NCBI RefSeq assembly: GCF_006345805.1
Contig: NC_042998.1
Location: 98,208,001-98,272,000 of the forward strand
Source of the DNA: Octopus sinensis
Taxonomy: Eukaryota
Direction of reading: 5' to 3'
Length of the DNA stretch: 64,000 nt
Under the pieces are notes generated by a model that saw only the letters and a list, made by a program, of their open reading frames with translations, was not told the origin of the DNA and made no database searches. Position 1 is the first letter of the stretch; each line of letters starts with the position of its first letter. Of this stretch, positions 53,339-64,000 are shown piece by piece. The translations under genes and the position numbers were made by a program.

Positions 53339-55159
53339 ATATTTGATTCTTGATTGTAAGGTCATGAGTTCAATTCTTGACAGCACATTGAGTGTTAGAG
53401 CAAGACATTTTATTCCATGTTGCTCCAGTACATGCAGCTGGCAAAAATGAGTAGTATCTGCAGTCACTAGCCTTGTCGCAATCAGTGCATCAAGCTGAAT
53501 CTCCCTGTTAAAAGCATGCATATTTGTGGAGCGCTCAGCCACTTGCACGTTAATTTCACAGACAGGATGTTCCATTGATTGTTTCAGCTGGAACGCTCAT
53601 CATCATAACCAATGGAGAGTCTGACCAACTCTGATTGGAACACCTATGGTCAAAAACATTCAACTTGTGACTATATTGTTTTTTAGAGATGTCTTGGACT
53701 ACATTATCTAATGTGTCCTCTTTTAAGACATTAAGTTGTGATTTGAGGGAGATTTGACTGCTATATCTAGCAGCTCAAGCAACTGCATATCTCTCTCTTT
53801 CATTGCATACTTTACTAGATTTGATTAATCTTGCTGTCTGTTTTCCAGCCTAGTAATTCAGCTATAATTAATATTAATTTATTCAAAATTAATTCTATAC
53901 ACTTCAGAGAGTGAGAAAATTTCTTATTCTTTAATGCATGAGATTGCTCATGGACCAAGGCTAATCACATTGTACAGTACATTGATCAAGTGTCTTCTGT
54001 TGTGGCCTTGAATTTAATCAAAGCTTTATAACTGGAATTTGGTTGATTGGAACTGTGAAGCCCCATCAGACGACCAGTCATTTTATTGAATTGTCTTTAT
54101 CTTCCATTCATGCTAGTATGGGTTGGACAGTTTGACATGAGCTGGTCAGGTAGAAGACTGCACCAGGCTTCTGTGTCTGTTTTGGCATGGGTTTTACAAC
54201 TGGATGCCCTTCGTAACACCAACCACCTCAGAGAGTAGACTGAGTGCTTTTTACTTGGCACCAGCACACGTGAGGTCAGTTTTGGCATGGTTTTTACAGC
54301 TGGATGTCCTTACAAATGCCAACCACTTTAAAGTGTAGACTACATTTGGTTTAACATCAACACCAGACACTTGTGTGCCTTACCAGAATCTACTCTGTTG
54401 CAAATATTTAGGATAATTTTCTTTCTTCCCACTAGTCATCAAGGCCTTTTTGTTTTGTTTTTCTTTTGGCAGGGAGGATATTTTTCTGCTAATTTCTATA
54501 AACACAAACCTTATTGGTTTACGCTTAGAATTTACACAGTAGGCACAGGCATGGCTGTGTGGTGAGAAACTTGCTTCCTGATCTCATGGTTCTGCGTTCA
54601 GTCCCACTGCATGGCACCTTGGGCAAGTGTCTTCTACTAAAGTCTTGATCCAACCAAAGCCTTGTGAGTGGATTTGGTAGACTGAAACTGAAAGAAGCTT
54701 GTCATATATATATATATATGTATGTGTGTGTGTCTTTGTGTCTGTGCTTGTCTCCCCACTGACTGGTGTTGGTGTGTTTGCATCCCCATAACTTAGTGGT
54801 TCCACAAAAGAGAATTAGTACCATTCAACTAAAAATTCAAGGCAGTGTCCCAGCATGGCCAGTCTAATGACTGAAACAAGTAAAAGGTAAAAGATAAAAG
54901 TAGTGACAACCTCCTCAGGTATTCAGAGAATCTTACTTCATGAACATTCAATACTTTTCAAATTACTCTTATCAACTCATCAGATTAAAGCCCCTAAAAA
55001 TACTTGTTTGCCCTGATGAACTATATCGATATGAAAGACTTATCTCTAACAGCAAACAATACTTCAAATTCAAAGTACTGAAGATCAGCTGAACCAACTA
55101 TCAAACAAGTTACTATTTGAGAAAATGGGAACAGAAAAACAATTTTCTGCAGTTGTCAG

Positions 55160-55410
55160 AAGCAGAAAGCTGCAGTAATTTTGGCATGTTGCCAGGGCCC
55201 AGAACCTCAGCACCCACATTCTCGGGAGGGAAGAATCAATGGGAAGTGAGGAAGGTGGAGACCAACAGGATGTGGGCTGAATGACATCAAAGAATAGACA
55301 AATAATCCTGTGGCTGAATACTGAATGGACAACAATGACCAGAAGCAGGAATCAACGGAGAGAAAAGATGCATGCAGCCATCCTCCCCAACCCTCAGCAA
55401 TGAGGATGAG
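55160..55410 (+). mobile_element. RTE/BovB-like LINE C-terminal relic (different subfamily)
   Basis: KLQ*FWHVARAQNLSTHIL, then after a frameshift GRINGK*GRWRPTGCGLNDIKE*T. This resembles the RTE C-terminal pattern LKYFGHV...G...GRP..RW.D.IKEW. Confidence 0.6.
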
Positions 55411-55974
55411 AAGCCCTGTATAATCTCCATAGTTGTCATCTATTCTTCTGTATCTCCCCCTATTTATGGCCCCTCAACACTCCCTCTTCATTCATTATAT
55501 TCACCTCCACCCATTTTCCATATCTCTTTATTCGATACAATCTTGCAACCTCCACTTACACACACTCCCAGTTTTGCCCCATTCACTTCTATTTGCCTTA
55601 TATCTTGAGGGTCCACACAGACGCTGCATCACCATTACTCTTATCTGTTCCCTGCTTCACTGATTATCCCCATCCTTTCTTCTTTGACACTGTCAAAGTG
55701 TTCCAGTTGATCTGATCAGCAGAACAGCCTACTCATGAAATTAATCCTTTCTACTATAGGCACAAGGCCTGAAATTTTGGGGGAGGGAATGAGTCAATTA
55801 CATCGATCCCAGTGCTTAACTGGTACTTAGTTTATCAACCCCAAAAGGATGAAAGGCAAAGTAGATCCCAGTGGCATTTGAATGTGAAGACAGATGAAAT
55901 ACCACTAAGCATTTTGTCCAGTTTGCTAACGATTCTGCCAGCTCGCCACCTTGATTCATGAAATTACTGTGAAA

Positions 55975-56235
55975 TTACTCATGAAATGAATGTGCAAGTG
56001 ACTGAGCACTCCACAGACACATGTAACCTTAACATAGTTCTCAGGAAGATCCAGCATGACAAAGAATGTGGCAAGTCTGGCCCTTTCAAATACAGGTACT
56101 CCTCATTTTTGACAGATGAGTGAACTGGAGCAATGGCAAATAAAGTGTCCTGCTCAAGGATAAAACACACCACTGGGTATTGAACTCATGACCTTACAGT
56201 CATGAACCAAATAACCTGACCACTAAGCCATTCCC
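55975..56235 (-). mobile_element. tRNA-derived CORE-like SINE with a long central domain (family D)
   Basis: On the plus strand: gtgcaagtgactgagcactccacagacac...gagtgaactggagcaatggcaaataaagtgtcctgctcaagg...gaactcatgacc. Related copies at about 43840-44050 and 53350-53635 (+). Confidence 0.75.
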
Positions 56236-56980
56236 CTTCATGCCCTCTCTTCAAAAATGTAAGTAACTACGTGGCCTCTTTACAGCAAGAAACCCATTCT
56301 GCTCTGGTCCACTTCACTCAATCTTTAACCCTCCCGTCTCTTTGCATAAAGATACCTTTCTCAGGGTTCATAGTCTTGCAAGCTGCATGCCAACCTCAGT
56401 GGTGCTGGTGGCACAATAAAAGCACCTATTACACACTGTAAAGTGATTAGTATTAAAAATGGTATCCAGGCATAGTAACCATGCCAAAGTAGACAGTGGA
56501 GCATGATGTAGCCTGGACCTTTAGATCCTGTCAAACCATCCAACTCATGCCAATAGGAGACATTGACAATCATGATGATTATCATAATGACAGTGAATAA
56601 GGCAATTTGAACTGCTTTTTTCTTAGCCCAACAGTTATGGAGTATGAGATCCTATTTTCATTCTCATTTTCATCATCATCATCATCATCAATATTTAATG
56701 TCCGTTGTCCATGGGCTGGCCTGCCAGAAGGCTACACCAGGCTCCAGTCTGATTTGGCATGGTTTCCTACAGCTGGATATCCTTCCTAACGCCAACCACT
56801 CTGAGAACATAATGGGTGCTTTTATGTGCCACGAGCATGGATGCCATTTGCATGACACCAGTTTATGCCACATCTGCAATTTTGCTCGGCTTGGCTTGAT
56901 GGGTCTTCTTCTCAAGCATGAAATAATGCTAAAGGACTTGGTCATTGCCTCCATGGGGCCCTACACTCAAAAATATTTAA

Positions 56981-57354
56981 CCCTTTTGATACCAACCTGC
57001 CTGACACCACCCTTGGTCCTGTGATGCAAACTTTAACGTGATTTGTATTAAAAACTCCCATCTAAACTTCACATTAATTTATACTACAAACTCTAGTTTA
57101 ATAATAACAAGGTTGTTATACTAAATTCTGCATTATTTTCAAAATTAATTGAAACAAAAGCAGTGAATTTCAATATAAATATAAATATAGGAGTGGCTGT
57201 GTGGTAAGCAGCTTGCTTACGAACCACATGGTTCCAGGTTCAGTCCCACTGCATGGCACCTTGGGCAAGTGTCTTCTACTATAGCCTCAGGCCGACCAAA
57301 ACCTTGTGAGTGAATTTGGTAGACGGAAACTGAAAGAAGCCCGTCGTATATATG

Positions 57355-57391
<37 letters not shown>

Positions 57392-57609
57392 ATATGTTTG
57401 TGGGTCTGTTTTTGTCCCCCCAACATCGCTTGACAACCAATGCTCATGTGTTTACGTCCCCGTAACTTAGCAGTTCAGCAAAAGAGACCAATAGAATGAT
57501 TACTTGGCTTACACAGAATAAGTCCTGGGTTCGATTTGGTTGACTAAAGGCAGTGCTCCAGCATGGCCACGGTCAAATAACTGAAACAAGTAAAAGAGTA
57601 ACAAAAGAG
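56981..57609. mobile_element. piggyBac-like MITE (family 2) with a SINE inserted near its right end
   Basis: TTAA|CCCTTTTGATACCAAC start; SINE at 57190-57600; residual end acaaaagag|ttac. Confidence 0.6.
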
Positions 57610-58544
57610 TTACTGTATAACTAATATAATATCAAAATGGAGTTTACAACTACAATATATCATAAAACCATAGGCAACATTTATAAAATTAAACTGAGTT
57701 TTCTTTTCTTGTGTGCTCTTTCAATTTGGTCATGATGAACAGTATGACAGCTGCTCTGTATAACTGTCTATTGCTCTCTCACTCCTCTCCCTTCTTCTGT
57801 CTGTCTCTCTTTCTTTCTTTCATTCCACTTGCCACTCTCCTTTCCCCGTCAGTTTCTTTATTTTCTGTATACACACACTCACTCAAACATGCATGCATGC
57901 ACACACACACACATGCACACACACACAAACACACATGATTTTATCACAAAGCTTTAACAGGTTATTGGGGAGTCCTTCTAGTGGTTCCGTCTTAGTATTG
58001 TTTATCATCAATTAGTCAGTTATGGGCTTAACGTTATCCCTTGGTGCTAACACACACAGATTCTAACACACTACAAGTACTCAAAATGATTGATATGATA
58101 AGGCCTTGGGAGGTAGAATAACCATAATGTTGAGTGGCATTGCAATGTATCTGTGACCATAACACTTACCTCTCAAAGCCCTGATCTACTTGATGTAAGT
58201 ACCAAAGATTGCTACTATTAACATCAACAAGTCTGTAGAATTTATGTTCCAGTAACAATCTTTGGAGAAATGCCTGGACTGACAATGCCTCTTGCACTAT
58301 TTGGTCATCATTCCCACAGCTCTTTCATTCAAATTTGTATCAAAAACCAAGGTTAACACAACGTTCCTTTTGATAGCATTAATGAGACCTTGAGCCATTA
58401 AAAACAAAAAAGCCTCTATGTTGTCATTTGACCTCGTAAAGATAGCAGTTAAGTTTTATTCAAATCATCATCCTCATCATTTAACATCTGCAAGGTTGTA
58501 GTATTTATTAGTATTCCAATATCAATCTTTGGAAAAATGCCAGA

Positions 58545-58990
58545 TTTAACGTCCTTTTTCTATGCTGGCATGGGTTAGACAGTTTGACTGAAGCTGGTAA
58601 ACCTGAAAGTTGCATCAGGCCCCAATCTGTTTTGGCTTGGTTTCTACAGCTGGATTCCCTTCCTAGCACCAACTACTCTAGAGAGTGTACTGGATGCCTG
58701 TTATATGTCACCAGCACTGGCCACAACCTTGATTTCACTTAACTTCATGTCTTCTCAAGCATAGCAAACTGACAGCAGCCTTGGTCACTTGTTATCGTCT
58801 TTGTGAGACTCAACAACTAAAGATCGTATTTCACCAGCTCAGCCCACATCTTTCACAGGTTCCTTCCACAATTAGAGATCAGCCGTCTTCGCCCATACAC
58901 ATCACATGACTACACCAGCACAGTCTACTTTCTTGCACACTACATCTGATGCCTCTTATACTTCTTGAATGCAGCACACTCTGGCACACC
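58545..58990 (-). mobile_element. 5'-truncated RTE-clade LINE, decayed
   Basis: IRGIRCSVQESRLCWCSHV...IVEGTC on the minus strand, with the same 3' UTR as 35270-35830. Confidence 0.75.
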
Positions 58991-59235
58991 TCCATTCAAG
59001 TATCACAGCAGTCTCGCCAGACCTACCTTTCAATGAGCCTACATTGGCAGTATGTACCAACTCTAAGGATATTCTATTAAAGAAGGACTAATTGTAGAAG
59101 ACCCGCCCATGTCGGTGAATTCTAGAGAAGACCCGCCAACATCAGCGAAACTGAGTTCTAGAAGTGCTGTGTGTCCTACCCACACTTAACTAGAAAACTC
59201 CTTACACATTCTACCACTATGTCTCTCGTTTATGT

Positions 59236-59731
59236 TGTGGCAGACGCCCCCAGGTGAGAAGTGGGCTGGTCCACTACCAATAAGTAGTGGACAGACTCAG
59301 TAAGTAGTGTCAGTCAGTGAGGTACGATGATTGGGCCAGTCATACAGACAACAAAATATGTTTGTCATAATGTGGGACATATCAATGGCAATGAGGATAC
59401 CTCCCACTGTATAACAGTATCATATATCAGTGGCCACAAGGATTTGGAGCTCACACAGTGGAAAAATGTTAAAAATCCTGAGGTGGGATTTGAACTTCAC
59501 GCAGTGAAAAATATCAGAGGTGATGAGGATTCGAAGCTCATACAATGAAAAAAAAAAATGTGTGTTGAAAGAAGAAAAGAAAAAGAATCTATCTCGCCCC
59601 CAGGTGAGAAGTAGGCTGGTCCACTACTAATAAATAGTGGACAGACTCAGTAAGGAGTGTCAGTCAGTGAGGTATGATGTTTGGTCCAGTCACACAGATG
59701 ATGAAATATGTTGTCAATGTGAGACATGTCA
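59236..59731 (+). mobile_element. Miniature LTR-like element (TRIM-like)
   Basis: Direct repeats 59245-59384 and 59595-59731, both ending in CA. PBS-like TGGCAATGAGGAT at 59386. A 21-nt purine run at 59567-59587 precedes the second repeat. Confidence 0.55.
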
Positions 59732-62030
59732 GTTTAACGTTCGCTTTCCATGCTGGCATAGGTTGGGCAGTCTGAGTGAGGACTGGTAAGCCAGAAGGCT
59801 GCACCAGGCTCCAATCTGATCTGGCAAGGTTTCTACAGTTGGATGCCCTTCCTAATGCCAACCGCTTTACAATGTGGACTGTGTGTAAATGTATGTGTGT
59901 GTATATGCACATACATTTGCATCTATTCATTTAATTCTTATTCTACTTATTTTCAACAGCACCTCTATTAAGCACCCACTACTTTTTTTTTAGACTAATG
60001 ACTATACTAAATGAAAGAAATAACAACTATTCAGTAGCTTGTTCTAATAAGAGCCTGTAGACATCAAACTTCAAACATGCTTTCATAGACAACAGATTAG
60101 TGCAACAGTGATGCATGTTCAGCTGTTTTATTCTAATCTAATGTACATTTGGAATAAAGCCAATGTAATCAAACAGAACTGTTAAGATGATGTAAGTAGG
60201 CAAGAACATATGCTGTTGTTTTTGCAGCTTTATGGTCATTATAATTTGTTTTAATGTTATATATTTATCTTTGTATGTATATATGTACATATGTGTGTGT
60301 GCAAGTATGTATGTATACATGCATGTGTGTATGTATATATGTATGTATGCATATATATATATGTGTATGTATGTATATATCATGATGGTTAGCCCTAAAT
60401 CTCCTACTCAACCCACATACATTTTTATATTTATGAATTTACAACAGGCTTCCATACAGTTTCACTCACAAAGCATTAGGCAATCCAAGACTAAGTAGAA
60501 GTCACTTGCCCAAGGTATTATCCTGTGTGATTGAACATGAATTCATGAGGCTATAAAACAAACTTCTTAACTACAGCTACACTACCATCTACATATACAT
60601 ACTTATGTATGTACACACACACATAAACTGGACACAGTAAAATTCCATGCAAGAGAATCATATAATTTTATATGAAATTTATGAACCAAGCTGTTCTTTG
60701 GCATCAAAAGGATTTTTTCTTGTATAACAATTCAATAGAAAGATTGACCAAGCTCAGTTTTATTCTCAGTGGTAGTTGATGAGATTGCAAAGTCCATTAA
60801 TTCAACATCCAATGCTTGCAGCAATCTCCCTGTTGTAACAGTTAGGGGAGAAGTTATTAATTCATTCAATAACTTTAACTTTATAGTGAATGATACAAAA
60901 GATGACCTGTTGGTTACCAGTTGCAATTTTAAAAGACACCATGAGATTGCCAGTTCGTTTTATCAACTGTTGCTGATTGTGTCAATTCCTGAGAGATCAA
61001 ACTGGATAATTCTCAGGATGCTTATAACCAGAAAGCAGCTGAAAGTATTGTTGAAAAATTTGTTGAGTAATCACTAATGTTAAAGTACCTCAATGAAATT
61101 GAGAAGCACTAAACATTCTTTATATTGAAAAGTTGTTTGAACATACTGTGACTGGACCATATGTTACTATTATCACCATGTGATTCATCAGCTAGATTAG
61201 AAAACTTTGATGAAATAATCTTCAAGAGTCTATGTGTTATCACCATGATGGATTTCTTAACTCAACTCTGGTGGTTTAGATATATAGTCTCTAGCTAATG
61301 TTTCTCTTCCCCCTTTTCTCTCATTATTTCACAGCTTAGCTGGCTTGATCAGCAGATTTTATTCCTCTTTCCAATCAATGTTCTTTCATTATTGAATTTG
61401 AAAATTGCATTGACCATTTGGATCAGTGAGCAAAACATTCATTCTTCAGGCATGAAAACACAAGAATGGGGTGAGATACCTAGCATGAAGCTGTTTGATT
61501 GTTTGTAGTTGAAAAGTGTTACTTAGCTGCCTGACCAAGTGTCTTGCTTGTTCCAATCTCAGGGCTCTGTTACCTTCTGAACACATTTGTATTGCTATTA
61601 CATTATATAGTGCTCACATATCAACTGCCAAAACCAGCTGCATTTGGATTGGATTCTGCATTTGAAAATATTGATTTCTCCCCTGTATTACACTCATACA
61701 CATGCATACGCACATGCACACACTCATGCAGGCATGCACACACACACACACACACACACAAGCAAGCACGAAACAATAAAAATAACTGAACATTGACTGA
61801 ATAAAGAACTCAATATAAGTGTAGAGTCTAAGATTTATTATATTCATTATAATTCTGTTGACACTGATTTTGAAGTTTCACATGTAGTTGCTTATTCAAA
61901 ATGTAAGGTGAAAGGTAGTAGACAAGTATATGTTTTGTTGCTTGCTAAGTGAGCAGTGAGCAAAATTTAATCAGTGTGTGTGTGTTGTAGAAAGGGAAGG
62001 GATAGAACTAATGCTAAAATAGTATAACCA

Positions 62031-62129
62031 AAGTATTATGGTTATACCATAGGCACAGGAGTGGCTGTGTGGTAAGTAGCTTGTTTACCACACAGCCACT
62101 CCTGTGCCTATGGTATAACCATAATACTT
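62031..62129. repeat. Perfect 45-bp inverted repeat with a 9-nt spacer
   Basis: 62031-62075 (aagtattatggttataccataggcacaggagtggctgtgtggtaa) is the exact reverse complement of 62085-62129. Confidence 0.95.
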
Positions 62130-64000
62130 CAAGTACATCAACATCAACAGCAATATCAAAATCAAATCAAATGGAAATTGTAGTTGTGACCCCCATGCCG
62201 GTAGCACGTAAAAAGCACCATTCAAATGTGGCTGATGCCAGTGCCACTTTGGCTGACTTCTGTGCTGGTGGCATGTAAAAAGCACCATCTGATTGTGGTC
62301 AATGCCAGCTCCACTGGCCCCTGTGCCGGTGGCATGTAAAAAGCACCCACTACATTCTCAGAGTGGTTGGTGTTAGGAAGGGCATCCAGCTGTAGAAACA
62401 CTGCCAGATCAGATTGGGGCCTGGTGCAGCCTCCTGGCTTCCCAGACCCCAGTTGAACAGTCCAACCTATGCCAGCATGGAAAACGGACGTTAGATAATG
62501 ATGATATATATATAGACACAGATGTGGCTGTGTTGTTAAAATATTTGCTTCTCAACTATATGATTTCAAGATCAGTTCCAGTGTATGGCACATTGGACAA
62601 GTGTCTTCTACTATAGCCCTTGGCTGACCAAGACCTGGTTAGTGGGTCTGGCACTGTGAATGGATTTGGTAGGGTGAAACTGAAAGAAGCCTATTGTTTA
62701 TACATGTGTGTGTATACATATATACATAAATATGTATGTATATGTATAAATAAACATATATATATATGTTATATGTGTGTGTATGTATATTACATATATA
62801 TATATATATATATATACATACACTCATTCAAAATAGTTTATTGATTTCTCTAGAAATCAATAAAAGGTAAAATATTTCAGTGGCATAAATAAAATAACTC
62901 AACTCAAAAGGATTGCAAAACATCAATGTATGACATTATAAATCATTTTATGGATTATAATTTTTAAACTCCCATGCCCTCTCTTCCCACTACTCTCTCT
63001 GTCTCTCTCTCCCTCATTTGGTTGAAGAACTGTTCTTGATATCCCATCACTAACACTGTGCAGTATCCACCACTGAGACGCTCAACTATTACTGGCCCAG
63101 ACTACATAACTGTAAATAGGTACAATAATTAAGTAGACAAGAGTATGTCCTGACATATCTCCACCATTTCTTTTAATCTCTCCCTCTCTGTCTTTCTCTT
63201 AAGTCTCTCTGTCCCTCCTTTCTTTTCCAACTGAGGTATTTCCTCCACAACAAGACATTTATCTCTATCCCTCTGCTATTCTTTTAATCTCTCATCAACT
63301 GGTACAAAACCAGCTTCCTGTACAACTCACTTTCCCAGTTGAGAGGTTTTTTTCTTGCAAGTGACTCAGCTGGTGCTGGTACTAAGCAAAAAGCAACCAG
63401 TACACTCTGTAAAGTGGTTGGCATTAGGAAGGACATCCAGTCATAAAATCCATGCCAAAGCAGACCAAAGAACTTGGCACAGTCCTCTGACTTTCCAGCT
63501 CTTGTCAAATAGCCCAACCCATACCAGCATGGAAAACAGATGTTAAATGATGATGATGATGACGATGACAACACTATGTAATAAATAAATTTTCAAAAGC
63601 TTGAAGTGCTGAGTTTTAGATCTTCCTGTTCACCAAGGAATAAACATTAAAAATAAACCATTGCTGTGTATTCATTCAGAGAGTAGAATTAAGAAGAGAT
63701 CTTTGTATCTAATTCACCTGAATACTTTGAGCGGCCTAATATAATAGAGGGGGAAAAACCCTCCTTTGTCTCTCTTTCTGATTTCATAATTCTCGCAACT
63801 TCTGCACTTGCCAATGTGAACAGCCTTAAGAACCAGATATTCAAGATTTGTTTTTAATGCCAATGATGTTTTTCTTGACTAATTATATATACCGTTTTTA
63901 AATAATTAGTGCTGTCCTACAACTTTCTTCTTAAAGTCTAATAGCTGTGTCATTGTTTTGTTTAATGAACAAACATGATTTTTCTACTAAGTTCCACCTT

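Noticed and set aside
60769-61077. 102-aa plus-strand ORF with an upstream acceptor-like ttttattctcag
   Set aside because: No recognisable domain, no convincing donor and no partner exons found.

Overview
AT-rich eukaryotic genomic DNA, mostly intronic or intergenic and dense in repeats. The SINE and LINE-tail families look like those of octopus-type cephalopods; this is an inference from memory, not a search. The only convincing host coding sequence is the first coding exon of a FAM102/EEIG-family (NT-C2 domain) gene on the minus strand (47859-47711). It is followed by what appears to be a >47 kb intron running off the left end of the window. The rest is layered mobile DNA: many RTE-clade LINE 3' ends with (GAT)n tails, at least three tRNA-derived SINE families, a head-to-tail Helitron cluster with a PIF1-helicase fragment and an internal ~160-bp satellite, TTAA-flanked piggyBac-like MITEs, a hAT-like MITE, a Tc1 transposase relic, two foldback elements and many microsatellites. 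The most unusual items are: (1) a tRNA-headed insertion with an inverted Penelope-like tail and a degenerate hammerhead core, bounded by an 11-bp TSD (52949-53349); (2) a TRIM-like mini LTR element (59236-59731); (3) a GC-rich 24-bp tandem array with an ordered mutation gradient, just downstream of a CCAAT/TATA motif pair (17228-17960); (4) a 704-bp foldback upstream of the gene; (5) a perfect 45-bp inverted duplication at a LINE junction (62031-62129). Almost all other ORFs in the supplied track are repeat-derived or chance. No database search or computation was run, and many repeat boundaries are approximate.
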